Shown: piece after piece, positions 50,444 to 61,386 of the stretch
How the letters are laid out: each line of letters opens with the position of its first letter
Numbering within the stretch: position 1 is the stretch's first letter
NCBI GenBank assembly: GCA_965230295.1
Contig: OZ246001.1
Span: 288,001 to 352,000 of the forward strand
Reading direction: 5' to 3'
Source: Marinicella sp.
Lineage (GTDB): Bacteria > Pseudomonadota > Gammaproteobacteria > Xanthomonadales > Marinicellaceae
Length of the DNA: 64,000 bases
Made by a program: the position numbers and the translations under genes
Notes under the pieces: model-generated
Database searches by the model: none
What the model saw: the letters and a program-made list of their open reading frames with translations, nothing else
Told to the model about the DNA's origin: nothing

Positions 50444-50797
50444 ATGAACAGAAGAAATTTTGCCAAAAACATCATCGGTGGTTTAGGACTGTCAATGGTT
50501 GCAGGTCAAACCGTACACGCTGCCAACTCTGAAAAATCAGCACAGCCCTTTGAGGCCGGACACCAAATGCAAACAGCTGATGGCATGAAAATGACACTCA
50601 GCCAGCACTCTTTAGCCACCCAAAATCAGGATCGCCAACAGTTCATTTTGACATTTGATGTGCACAATAACACCGCACCATTAACTGAGAAAATATACCG
50701 ATTGAAAGATCATAACGGAGTGAACCATGAGATCTTTATGAGCCCTGTAGGTAAACAAAAACTACAAGCCTTATTCAATTGGAGAACTCATGCATGA
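50444..50797 (+). CDS. DUF6916-like protein with a twin-arginine (Tat) signal
   Basis: MNRRNFAK...VHA signal; QFILTF...IY.L.....EIFMSPVG...LQALFN. Confidence 0.7.
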   Translation: MNRRNFAKNIIGGLGLSMVAGQTVHAANSEKSAQPFEAGHQMQTADGMKMTLSQHSLATQNQDRQQFILTFDVHNNTAPLTEKIYRLKDHNGVNHEIFMSPVGKQKLQALFNWRTHA

Positions 50798-51332
50798 AGA
50801 ATGGCTGGCATTTAACGGTGCAGCCAAACTGATTCCTGAGGAAATCACTTTTCAAGCCATGTCAGATAATGACATGGCTTTTTTATCTGAACTTTATCGC
50901 ACCACACGGTGGCAAGAAGTGCAACAGGCACCTTGGAATGACGAACAACGCAAGTCCTTCTTACACCAACAGTTCACCGCCCAACACCAGCATTACCTGA
51001 CTCATTATCCAAATGCACAAAAGTTGCTGATCTTGAAAAATCAACAATGCATAGGCAGGATTTATTTGGACCGTGATGAAGATTCAATCTGCCTGATTGA
51101 TGTGGCCATATTGCCCAATCATCACCGACAAGGAATTGGTACTGCTATATTGAAGGAGTTGCTCACTGAGGCACAGTTGTCACAAAAGAAAGTAATGATC
51201 CATGTTGAAAACTTCAACCCCGCATATCAATGGTATGAAAAACACGGGTTCCGGCAAATTGAAGACAAAGGTGTGTACCAATACATGGAATGGTACCCCA
51301 TACCTAAAGGTCAGGTGAATACAGCCTCATAG
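50790..51332 (+). CDS. GNAT family N-acetyltransferase
   Basis: QQFTAQHQHY..HYP, IGRIYLDR, DVAILP.HRQGIGT and NPA..WYEKHGF. Confidence 0.9.
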   Translation: MHEEWLAFNGAAKLIPEEITFQAMSDNDMAFLSELYRTTRWQEVQQAPWNDEQRKSFLHQQFTAQHQHYLTHYPNAQKLLILKNQQCIGRIYLDRDEDSICLIDVAILPNHHRQGIGTAILKELLTEAQLSQKKVMIHVENFNPAYQWYEKHGFRQIEDKGVYQYMEWYPIPKGQVNTAS

Positions 51333-51604
51333 TGCACTTCACTGTCATTACCAAAAACAGGAACCAAAAACAAATCGAACTCACCTAATTCCGTGTGACT
51401 GACCCGATAAACCCCTTGTTCATAAACCATTGGATCGGGATTTTTAAACACCACTGAAAACTGCTTTTCACCTTTTTCATTAGGAGTCGCATTTGAAACA
51501 GTGATTTCTTTGATATCACACTTGTCAGGCTGATCTTGAGTGAACTTTATGGAAAAACTATCGTCTTGGTGACTTTCAAACTGATGTAATTGAGGTAGAT
51601 TCAT
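51311..51604 (-). CDS. DUF6916-like protein (no signal peptide)
   Basis: QFSVVF......EQGVY...H..LG..DLFLVPV......YEAVF. Confidence 0.78.
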   Translation of the reverse strand: MNLPQLHQFESHQDDSFSIKFTQDQPDKCDIKEITVSNATPNEKGEKQFSVVFKNPDPMVYEQGVYRVSHTELGEFDLFLVPVFGNDSEVHYEAVFT

Positions 51605-51683
51605 GCTATTGGATAAAAGACAAAATTGATGAATAATTATACATCGTATAACAAAGGTTTTTGCAGCACTTTATCGATCTAAT

Positions 51684-52226
51684 TCAGAACGGATTCAGCG
51701 TAAATCCTTGTTGTTGCAGCTGAGCATGTGCTGTCATGGCAGACAGAGACATTTTGATGCCAGGCAGCAAGTCTTCTGTTTTGACTCCATAGTAAGCAGC
51801 GCTTTGGCCACAAACATAAAACTGAACGCCCTTTTCTTGTAAAGCTTTTATCAATGTGGCATGGCTTTTCTTATCAATCGACTGAGTACTGTCGTGGCTG
51901 GATTGACTGACATCTTTAACAGCTCCACCATGAATGACGACTGCCAATTCAATATTCTCCACAGGAACGCCAGCCGCCGTGTGCATATTAATAAAACGAG
52001 CCGCACTTTCGATAGATCGGTTGATATCACCTGCATTGGCCGCTTTTGCCACATCGAAACTGATTCTGAATGTACTCCCAGAATCAATAGGTAGCCTACC
52101 CGGAACATCGGCATACATGCCAAAATCCGGAATGGTTGTTCCCGCTTTGAACTTGTCCAGTTGGGCCATGGGTTGATTGCTTACCAACACCAGAAAAAAC
52201 AGCATTAAGGATTTTGATTTGAACAT
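51684..52226 (-). CDS. secreted DsrE/DsrF-like protein
   Basis: Signal peptide; ARFINMH..AGVP, VVIHGGA and GVQFYVCGQS. Confidence 0.8.
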   Translation of the reverse strand: MFKSKSLMLFFLVLVSNQPMAQLDKFKAGTTIPDFGMYADVPGRLPIDSGSTFRISFDVAKAANAGDINRSIESAARFINMHTAAGVPVENIELAVVIHGGAVKDVSQSSHDSTQSIDKKSHATLIKALQEKGVQFYVCGQSAAYYGVKTEDLLPGIKMSLSAMTAHAQLQQQGFTLNPF

Positions 52227-52244
52227 TCAATAGCTCCTGTTTCT

Positions 52245-54530
52245 TTATTCAACGGATGGTGGCGGTGGTGCCAATACCTCTCTGGCACCATTGTGAGCTG
52301 GTGCCGAAACCACACCATTTTCCTCTAATTGTTCTACGATGGTTGCAGCCCTGTTATAACCGACCCTTAGGCGGCGTTGTACATAAGAGATGGATGCTTT
52401 GCGACTCTCAGTCACCACGAATACGGCCTTGTCATACAGCTCATCCACATCTGACTCAGCACGCTCAGGAACACCTGTTTCATTCAGCATTTGTCCATCG
52501 TCAGTCAATTGTACATTGTCCAATATGCCTTCTTGATACTCAGCCTCATAATGACTGGTTAAATAATTCACCACAGAATGCACTTCATGATCATCCACAA
52601 AAGCACCATGAACCCGATCAGGTTGTGCTTTGCCAGGTGGTAAATACAACATATCACCATGACCCAATAACATTTCTGCACCTCCTTGATCTAAGATGGT
52701 TCTGGAATCTATCCTGGACGACACTTGGAAAGCCATTCTGGTTGGTATATTGGCTTTTATCAATCCGGTGATGACATCGACAGAAGGTCTTTGAGTGGCA
52801 AGAATCAAATGCACACCTGCTGCCCTGGCTTTTTGGGCCAATCGGGCAATCAACTCTTCGACTTTCTTACCCACAATCATCATCATGTCAGCAAATTCAT
52901 CAATCACGACCACAATATAAGGCAAAGGCTTAATCGCCTCCTGCACGGTCCCAATTGGGGCAGTGGTCTCATCGAAGAACGGGTCCATGATCGGTTCACC
53001 CGAATCAATGGCTTTTTGTATCTTTTTATTGAACCCAGCCAAGTTACGCACACCCATGGCTGCCATCAACTTATAACGACGTTCCATTTCAGCCACACAC
53101 CAACGCAATGCATTGGCCGCTTCTTTCATATCAGTAACCACCGGTGCCAACAGATGGGGGATACCTTCATAAATCGAAAGCTCCAGCATTTTGGGATCGA
53201 CCATGATCATCCTGACCTGCTCGGGACTGGCTTTGTAAAGCAAAGAAATGATCATGGAGTTTACTGCCACAGATTTACCAGATCCAGTGGTACCTGCCAC
53301 CAGTAAATGTGGCATTTTTGCTATGTCAGCAATCACCGGGTTACCACCGATGCTTTTGCCCATGGCCAAAGTCAAAGGAGATCGTGATTTGTCAAAACTG
53401 ACTGACCGCAGGATTTCACTGAGATAAACGATTTCCCTGCTGGCATTGGGTATTTCAATCCCAATGTATGGTTTACCAGGAATCACATCTACGATCCTGA
53501 CACTGGTGATCGACAACCCGCGAGCCAGATCTTTGGCCAAACCCATTATCTTGCTGGCTTTGATGCCAGCCGATGGATTCACTTCAAAACGGGTGATGAC
53601 AGGGCCCGGATAAACACCCACAACTTCAGCTTTGACTTTATAATCCGCTAACTTAAGTTCTAACTGTCTGGACAATACTTCCAGCTCCTCGTTGGAATAG
53701 CCAAACTCCTGACTTGGAGGATTATCTAACAAGGATAAAGGGGGTAATTTTCCGGCCGGTAAAGCATGAAACAAGTTCATTTGCTTCTCTTTACTTGAAC
53801 GTTTGCTTTCAACCACCTCATGATCAAACTCTTTGATCACAATAGGTTCTCTTTTTTGTTGGATTTCAGCATCAATTTTTCGCACCACTTCGCGTTCTGT
53901 TCGGGCTTTTTTACCCGCACGCCAATCCTTGAAATGATCCCATTTCAGCCCCAGCCATTGAACAAAGCGAACGGTGAATTGCCCGACTTTATCAGCCAAC
54001 CCAATCCAGGACAGCCCGGTAAACAAGGTAATCCCTGCCAGAAAAGTGGCAGCCAGGATCAGTGAGGCACCAATGCCTCCAAATCCAGAATAGACTGAAC
54101 TACCAACCACATCACCAATGATGCCTCCGCCAGAAAAAGGCATTTCGCCAGTATCCGCGTGCAAATGTGACAGGCCACATCCGGTTAACAAGGTGGCCAC
54201 AAAACCCAATAACTTTATGGTGGTGTCCAACCAACTGTCTTCAACATCTGATTGGTCCTGATACATGCGCCATGCAATGTACAACAGACCTACGGGGATG
54301 AAATAGGCAAAATAACCCAAAAAATGCAACAGAAAATCGGCTATATAAGCACCTGTTAGGCCGCCTAAATTATTAATCTTTGTGACATCTGAAGTGGCAA
54401 AAGAGCCAGGATCTTGGGGGTTATAGGTCGATAGAGACAGCAGAAAATAGGCCGCAACCGGAACGATGATGAATACCAGAGATTCCCTGACTCGATTTCT
54501 GACTTGTTTGGATACTTGGTTCAACAGCAC
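52245..54530 (-). CDS. ftsK: DNA translocase FtsK
   Basis: N-terminal TM domain, [29 protein letters not shown] and gamma domain [12 protein letters not shown]. Confidence 0.98.
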   Translation of the reverse strand: MLLNQVSKQVRNRVRESLVFIIVPVAAYFLLSLSTYNPQDPGSFATSDVTKINNLGGLTGAYIADFLLHFLGYFAYFIPVGLLYIAWRMYQDQSDVEDSWLDTTIKLLGFVATLLTGCGLSHLHADTGEMPFSGGGIIGDVVGSSVYSGFGGIGASLILAATFLAGITLFTGLSWIGLADKVGQFTVRFVQWLGLKWDHFKDWRAGKKARTEREVVRKIDAEIQQKREPIVIKEFDHEVVESKRSSKEKQMNLFHALPAGKLPPLSLLDNPPSQEFGYSNEELEVLSRQLELKLADYKVKAEVVGVYPGPVITRFEVNPSAGIKASKIMGLAKDLARGLSITSVRIVDVIPGKPYIGIEIPNASREIVYLSEILRSVSFDKSRSPLTLAMGKSIGGNPVIADIAKMPHLLVAGTTGSGKSVAVNSMIISLLYKASPEQVRMIMVDPKMLELSIYEGIPHLLAPVVTDMKEAANALRWCVAEMERRYKLMAAMGVRNLAGFNKKIQKAIDSGEPIMDPFFDETTAPIGTVQEAIKPLPYIVVVIDEFADMMMIVGKKVEELIARLAQKARAAGVHLILATQRPSVDVITGLIKANIPTRMAFQVSSRIDSRTILDQGGAEMLLGHGDMLYLPPGKAQPDRVHGAFVDDHEVHSVVNYLTSHYEAEYQEGILDNVQLTDDGQMLNETGVPERAESDVDELYDKAVFVVTESRKASISYVQRRLRVGYNRAATIVEQLEENGVVSAPAHNGAREVLAPPPPSVE

Positions 54531-54608
54531 TCACATAAATGGATTGAATAAGGCACTAAGGATAAGCCTTAATGCCTCAACATTCAATGCATCAATGCAT
54601 CAATTATT

Positions 54609-55667
54609 TCAGTCCATCAATGCTGGATGAACAATTTTACCGGCTTGTACGTTGATGCCTTTCTGTAAAGAAGGTACAGCTTCCCAGCCGGCTTGCGATA
54701 ACCGTTGCACATAAGGCAAAATCGCTGCTGAAATGGCATGTGTAGAAGTCCGGGGAACAGCACCTGGCATGTTGGTGACAGAAAAATGTACCACACCGTG
54801 TTCAGTGAAGGTAGGTTCTGCCCAAGTGGTTGGTCTGGTGGTCTCAACACAGCCACCTTGGTCCACTGAAATATCAGCAATCACAGATCCAGGTTCCATA
54901 CCTTTGACCATTTCTTCGGTAATCACATGTGGGGCTTTTGCACCAGTTACCAAAACGGCACCAATGACCAGATCTGCATTTGAGATTTCACTGGCCACCA
55001 ACTCTTGATAAGGATACAAGGCAGTCACATTGGAGCCCATCGCCATCATTTCTGCCAAGCGGTCTTGGCGCTTATCAAAAACCACCACATTGGCACCACT
55101 GGCTGCAGCCAGGGCTGCTGAGTTACCGCCTGCAGCACCACCACCCAACACCACGACTTTACCGCGCTCGGTTGATGGCAAGCCACCTAATAACAAACCT
55201 TTTCCTCCTAAGGGATGGTGCAAGGTATGGGTACCCACTTGGGTGGCAATTTTACCAGCAATGATACTCATAGGTGCCAACAAAGGCAGTGATCCATCAG
55301 CATCTTCAACAGTTTCAAATGCCACACCAGTTAAACCAATGTCTAACAAAGATTGGGTCAAATCAGGCTCAGCTGCCAAATGCAGGTAACAGAACAACAA
55401 GTGGCCTTCTCTGAGGTATTTCAAATCGCCAGCAATCGGCTCTTTGACTTTAACCACCATCTCAGCAACACCATACAAACTTTCCGCATCGGGCTGGATG
55501 TTAGCCCCTGCTCTAACATAATCGTCATCTGAAAAGCCACTCATCAATCCAGCAGTGGATTGTATATGAACTTCATTGCCAGCCCTGACTAAGTCAGCCA
55601 CTGCTGCCGGTACCAAAGCCACTCGACCCTCGAGTGTTTTGGTTTCTTTTGGAATACCAATTCTCAT
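54609..55667 (-). CDS. ald: alanine dehydrogenase
   Basis: MRIGIPKE.K..E.RV, VKVKEP, PLLAPMS, VDQGGCVET and NMPGAVPRTST. Confidence 0.95.
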   Translation of the reverse strand: MRIGIPKETKTLEGRVALVPAAVADLVRAGNEVHIQSTAGLMSGFSDDDYVRAGANIQPDAESLYGVAEMVVKVKEPIAGDLKYLREGHLLFCYLHLAAEPDLTQSLLDIGLTGVAFETVEDADGSLPLLAPMSIIAGKIATQVGTHTLHHPLGGKGLLLGGLPSTERGKVVVLGGGAAGGNSAALAAASGANVVVFDKRQDRLAEMMAMGSNVTALYPYQELVASEISNADLVIGAVLVTGAKAPHVITEEMVKGMEPGSVIADISVDQGGCVETTRPTTWAEPTFTEHGVVHFSVTNMPGAVPRTSTHAISAAILPYVQRLSQAGWEAVPSLQKGINVQAGKIVHPALMD

Positions 55668-55911
55668 CTTTCTGCGTCCCCACAAAAGGTAAATTTACGA
55701 TCAGCTTTCAAAATACCTGGTCTGATCATTAGTCACGTGCAAGTCAGGCTTGCACACTGTATTGCATAGGCCGCACATTTTATCTTAATCCAATCAGATA
55801 GAACAAACGATTTATCACTTCTGAACAGTAAATTGAATCGGTTTTTTACTTAACAAGCATGTACTGGCTATTGAATGCCGTTTGATGATGTTAGTTTAAG
55901 CCGCAAACAGT

Positions 55912-57096
55912 TTAATTCACGGGATCGAATCCACTCATGAAGATCAAATCACCGTCAAAATCTGCATCGTTGATTTCGACGACTTGTGAAGATGTTGTGT
56001 AGAATATCCTGCCGTCTTCAGCCTCACCAAACCCAAAAATGCTGCCTGAAACGTCAGTCAACAATTGTGATGACCAAACACCAGGCGTGTTTTCAGTTCC
56101 AAGGAAGATCTCTCCAGTACAAAAATCTGCGTATAAATAACTGCCATACCAAGTGGTTTCTTGACCGCGATAACGATAGCCACCTGTAATTGAGCATCGT
56201 CCCTGTGTATGTGAATACTCTAATACCGGATCTACGAATGTACCAGTGCAGTTGCCTGGCCCGGTGATAGAACCTTCTCTGCAATTCCAACCATAGTTTT
56301 CACCACCCATAGATGTGGCTGATTGAAAATCGATTTCTTCTCTGCTGCCTGCTCCCACATCTGCAATCAGGATGTCACCTGTGTCTCGGTCCATACTGAA
56401 TCGATAGGGATTGCGAAAGCCAATCGCCCATATTTCATCAAGCTCAGGTGAACCAATAAAAGGGTTACTGGCAGGAATTTCATATGCTGTGACCACAGGA
56501 TCTTCAACACTGGGATCTATTCTGAGCATCTTCCCCAGTAAATTACTGATGTTTTGCGAGGTGCTGCTCGAAGCGCCCCCGTCACCCAACGCAATGTATA
56601 AAAAACCATCATGACCAAAATGTAAATCACCACCATTGTGGTTGCCAGCTGGCTGGCCTATGGTTATGATTTCAACACCAGAGTTGACATCAGCCACATC
56701 AGGATCCATGTCATCCACTTCGTATCTGGCAATCACGGTAGTCAATGAATCACCTCCAGTCCCTGTTCGGGTGTAGTTGACATAGAAAAAACCATTATTG
56801 GCGTAATCCGGGTGAAAGGCCAAGCCCAATAGTCCACCTTCAAAAAAGGTATCTACCAAAGATGTGATGTCTAAAAATATGCTCGAAGTTGAAGTATTAC
56901 TTGGATCAATTAAACGGATTCTTCCAGAACGTTCGATAACAAACAATCGGTTGCTACCATCACCAGCATTTCTGACACCTAAGGGTGTACTGAAACTTCC
57001 ACCAATTGGGTTGAACTCGGGGTTCAAAGGCAGCCCTCCTGCCGTAACCTTGATTGTAAAGAACATCATCAGTATTAAAATCATCAAACGTGTCAT
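55912..57096 (-). CDS. secreted PQQ-dependent sugar dehydrogenase-family beta-propeller
   Basis: EGGLLGLAFHPD, NHNGG.L.FG.DGFLYIALGDGG, GKMLRID and GFRNPYRFS.D; ends DLIFMSGFDPVN. Confidence 0.88.
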   Translation of the reverse strand: MTRLMILILMMFFTIKVTAGGLPLNPEFNPIGGSFSTPLGVRNAGDGSNRLFVIERSGRIRLIDPSNTSTSSIFLDITSLVDTFFEGGLLGLAFHPDYANNGFFYVNYTRTGTGGDSLTTVIARYEVDDMDPDVADVNSGVEIITIGQPAGNHNGGDLHFGHDGFLYIALGDGGASSSTSQNISNLLGKMLRIDPSVEDPVVTAYEIPASNPFIGSPELDEIWAIGFRNPYRFSMDRDTGDILIADVGAGSREEIDFQSATSMGGENYGWNCREGSITGPGNCTGTFVDPVLEYSHTQGRCSITGGYRYRGQETTWYGSYLYADFCTGEIFLGTENTPGVWSSQLLTDVSGSIFGFGEAEDGRIFYTTSSQVVEINDADFDGDLIFMSGFDPVN

Positions 57097-57357
57097 CATC
57101 ATCTCCTGCAAAATATAGTTTACTCAAATAATAAAACGAGAACTGCCTACATGTCCGTACACAGTACCGATCATAAATTTAGTCTAAATGGCATGTTAAT
57201 TTCGTTACAGAACTCTCAAATACAGAATTATTTTTGCTTGTTTGATCACGTCACTTACCATCTAGCCGCACAGCGGTTAATTTATCTGCTTATCATAGAT
57301 AAATCCAATCATCATGACACATTTATTCTAATTTACAATTTTGTCTCTTAGGTATAA

Positions 57358-58347
<990 letters not shown>

Positions 58348-58403
58348 TATTGATATGATTGTGGGTGGATTGAAATACCTTCAACCTACAGTCTGTTGAA
58401 CTG

Positions 58404-59045
58404 ATGATATTACCTTGTGTCGATGGTGAAATGGATTTTCCACCGGTCGAAAGCGCATTGAATGACCCTGATGGCTTGCTCTGCTTTGGTGGTGATTTGT
58501 CAGTTAAAAGGCTCAAAGCTGCTTATCACAAAGGTATTTTTCCTTGGTATTCTGCTGGAGAACCCATATTATGGTGGTCTCCAGCAATGCGCATGGTGTT
58601 GAACCCACAGCACTTACACATCAGCAAAAGCCTGCAAAAATCCATCAATAAATACCAACCTAAATTTTTCTTCAATCGCAACTTCCACGCCGTGATAAAA
58701 CAGTGTGCACAAGTACCGAGAAAAGATCAGGGCACCTGGATTCACGTTGAGATGATTGAAGCCTACTGCGCCATGTACGATGCCGGGCTGGCGTTTTGTC
58801 TTGAAGTTGAAATCAACGAACAATTGGCAGGTGGTATATACGGGATTGTGGCCAATCAGGTTTTCTGTGGTGAATCCATGTTCTCAATAACCACCAATGG
58901 ATCTAAATATGCCATGTATGGCCTTTGCCAGCATATGCTTGAACATGACATCACATTATTGGATTGTCAATTGCACAATACACACCTCGAATCTTTAGGA
59001 GCCAAGTTGATCCCGCGTGCAAAATTCATTCAATATTTAGGTTAA
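58404..59045 (+). CDS. aat: leucyl/phenylalanyl-tRNA--protein transferase
   Basis: GGDLS..RL..AY..GIFPW, WWSP, GESMFS and DCQL...HLESLGA. Confidence 0.95.
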   Translation: MILPCVDGEMDFPPVESALNDPDGLLCFGGDLSVKRLKAAYHKGIFPWYSAGEPILWWSPAMRMVLNPQHLHISKSLQKSINKYQPKFFFNRNFHAVIKQCAQVPRKDQGTWIHVEMIEAYCAMYDAGLAFCLEVEINEQLAGGIYGIVANQVFCGESMFSITTNGSKYAMYGLCQHMLEHDITLLDCQLHNTHLESLGAKLIPRAKFIQYLG

Positions 59046-59968
59046 TCTGTAGATGACTTCAACCGCATTGGAATCGGCACCCCGCAGGCATCCATGTAGT
59101 CATGTTGATAAACAAACCATTCTCCTGTGCGATTTTTACGCGACTCAAGTAATTGCTTGAAGGATTTTGACTGAGAATCCAACACCTCAATCGCTGTCCT
59201 TTGACTGACAGGCAAATCTGCCGAAACCTTTATGTTTTTTATGGTGTTTTTACCTGACATATCTACCGGGCCGTTGAGTCCGCTGCTTCGATGCAAGGCC
59301 TGGATGTGTTGCATCCCTGAAACCACCCGGCCAAAGACTGTGGTGTTGCGATCCAAATATCGCTGGGCCGGGCCATTGATGATATACAATTCAGTGCCGC
59401 CGCTGTCAGCTTCATTGGCGCGTCCCATGGCAAAAGCACCATAACAATGTAACAACCAAGTTTCGTTACTGGTCAAGTCTTTCCCAACCGCATAACTTTT
59501 CAAGAAACCTGTTTGATCGGCATAACCATCATTCTCATCAAATGCAGTGTAGGCACTGCCTAAATCCCCGTTCCAAGTGAACTCAGCAGGTACGTTGAAT
59601 GAACCAGCTGTTAGTTCAGGTTTTTCCGCATCTGTTGCATACATGGGACCGCCTTGTGCCACAAACGCATCTAAAACACGGTAAAAATTTGTACCATCAA
59701 AAATCCCTTGTCGAACCAGTTGTTTGGTGTTCTCCACATGCAATGGTGCCAACTCAGGCACCAACTCAATCACAACAACGCCGGTTTCCAGGGTCATTTG
59801 GAGGGTGTTTTCAGGGTCAATCTGTCGCCACTCTTCAGGTAAAGAAGCACTGACCACCGTTCCAGGTGTTAATTGTTTGGTCTTCGGTGGTTCAGGCGCT
59901 GTTTTGACAGCCAGAGATTGATGACAGCCTGATAAGGCCAACATGATGAGCAAAATTATGAATTTCAT
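59042..59968 (-). CDS. cyclophilin-type peptidyl-prolyl isomerase lipoprotein
   Basis: Lipobox LSGC; AP.HVEN, FYRVLDAFVAQGG and YLDRNTTVFGRVVSGM. Confidence 0.87.
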   Translation of the reverse strand: MKFIILLIMLALSGCHQSLAVKTAPEPPKTKQLTPGTVVSASLPEEWRQIDPENTLQMTLETGVVVIELVPELAPLHVENTKQLVRQGIFDGTNFYRVLDAFVAQGGPMYATDAEKPELTAGSFNVPAEFTWNGDLGSAYTAFDENDGYADQTGFLKSYAVGKDLTSNETWLLHCYGAFAMGRANEADSGGTELYIINGPAQRYLDRNTTVFGRVVSGMQHIQALHRSSGLNGPVDMSGKNTIKNIKVSADLPVSQRTAIEVLDSQSKSFKQLLESRKNRTGEWFVYQHDYMDACGVPIPMRLKSSTD

Positions 59969-60074
59969 GGCATTTGAACTGAAAATAAAACCATAATATA
60001 ACGCAGATGAACAGTTTTGAGAATCTTGAATCAGATGTAAGCAGGAATGATTGACACTCCTGAATTGAATTGCA

Positions 60075-60608
60075 CTATGAAATACAGTCAGGCTCGTTTA
60101 ATTGATACCTGAAGCTGAGTACTTTTTGACCATTGATGGTCAGATACCTGAATCGCCCAGCTTGGTAGTTAAGGTACTTGCGGTGTTTGCGATGAACCCG
60201 ACGAAACATGATTTCCTGGTGGTTATCCAAAGTAGCAAACAGCAGGTACTTGTACCCTATGGCAGCATGAACTTGAGCCGATTCTGACTTGAGGTGTTCA
60301 CCAAAATCTGCTTTGAATTCATGTGCCATGGCTTTGAAATGTGGGCCGTGGCCGTGCTGCAATCCGGCACATAAATGTGCCAATTCATGTCGGATGGTGG
60401 CATCAAGCAATTGCATGGCCTCAGTACCAACAAATGCCTGGTTGACATAGACCCAGCCATCAATGTCAGCCATGCCATATTTGGTCTTGTGATGAGTGAC
60501 TTTGATACCTTGTGGTTCATGACACCATTGCGCAACTGGCATCTGCAATGCCAACTCAGTCAAAACCAGCTGAAAACGGTCTTCAATATATCGCCAATTG
60601 ATCATCAT
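60075..60608 (-). CDS. SprT-like zinc metalloprotein
   Basis: TIRHELAHL.....HGHGPHFK; start placed downstream of the ahpC terminator. Confidence 0.75.
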   Translation of the reverse strand: MMINWRYIEDRFQLVLTELALQMPVAQWCHEPQGIKVTHHKTKYGMADIDGWVYVNQAFVGTEAMQLLDATIRHELAHLCAGLQHGHGPHFKAMAHEFKADFGEHLKSESAQVHAAIGYKYLLFATLDNHQEIMFRRVHRKHRKYLNYQAGRFRYLTINGQKVLSFRYQLNEPDCIS

Positions 60609-60618
60609 GTCATCCCAC

Positions 60619-60652
60619 AAAAAACGGCCTGAAAGTCTAAACTTTCAAGCCG
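60619..60652 (-). terminator. rho-independent terminator after ahpC
   Basis: CGGC-C-TGAAAGT-ctaa-ACTTTCA-A-GCCG stem with an A6 run (U-tail on the minus strand). Confidence 0.7.
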
Positions 60653-60708
60653 CTAAGCGCTGTTTCGAGGTCAAAGTAAACAGCGTTAGGTGGGTAAGTA
60701 TGTATAGA

Positions 60709-61314
60709 TTACAACTTACCGGATTCTGATGATAAGTATTCGGCAACGCCATCGGGTGATGCATCCATACCTTTGTCACCATCTTGCCAACCTGCTGGAC
60801 AAACTTCGCCATGTTCTTCATGGAAAATCAAAGCATCGACCATGCGCAGCATTTCGTCTACATTTCTACCTAAAGGTAAATCATTGATCACTTGGTGACG
60901 AACCACATTGTCTTTGTCAATCAAAAACGAGCCGCGAAAAGCCACTGCACCATCTGGTGTTTCAACGTCATATTTTTTACAAGCTTTGTGAGTCACGTCT
61001 GCAAACATGGTGTACTTGACTGGTCCAATACCGCCTTGGTTAATCGGTGTGTTACGCCAAGCATTGTGAGTGAATTGTGAATCAATTGAAACAGCAACCA
61101 CTTCAACACCACGTTTGGTGAATTCATCCATGCGATGATCAAAAGCAATCAACTCAGAAGGACAAACAAAAGTGAAATCCAAAGGATAGAAGAAAACCAC
61201 TTTGATCTTACCTTCTGTGGCTTTTTTAAAGTTGTAATCATCAACTATTTCACCATTGCCTAAGACTGCTGCACCTTTTAAATTAGGTGCTTTTCTGCCG
61301 ACTAATACGCCCAT
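60709..61314 (-). CDS. ahpC: 2-Cys peroxiredoxin (AhpC/TsaA)
   Basis: FYPLDFTFVCPSE and GEVCPAGW; RBS GGAG before ATG 61314. Confidence 0.93.
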   Translation of the reverse strand: MGVLVGRKAPNLKGAAVLGNGEIVDDYNFKKATEGKIKVVFFYPLDFTFVCPSELIAFDHRMDEFTKRGVEVVAVSIDSQFTHNAWRNTPINQGGIGPVKYTMFADVTHKACKKYDVETPDGAVAFRGSFLIDKDNVVRHQVINDLPLGRNVDEMLRMVDALIFHEEHGEVCPAGWQDGDKGMDASPDGVAEYLSSESGKL

Positions 61315-61386
61315 AAAAATCTCCAAATAATTTTGTGTTAAAAACTATATTTTAGTCCAATATGTACAGTAAATATATTGCGAAAT

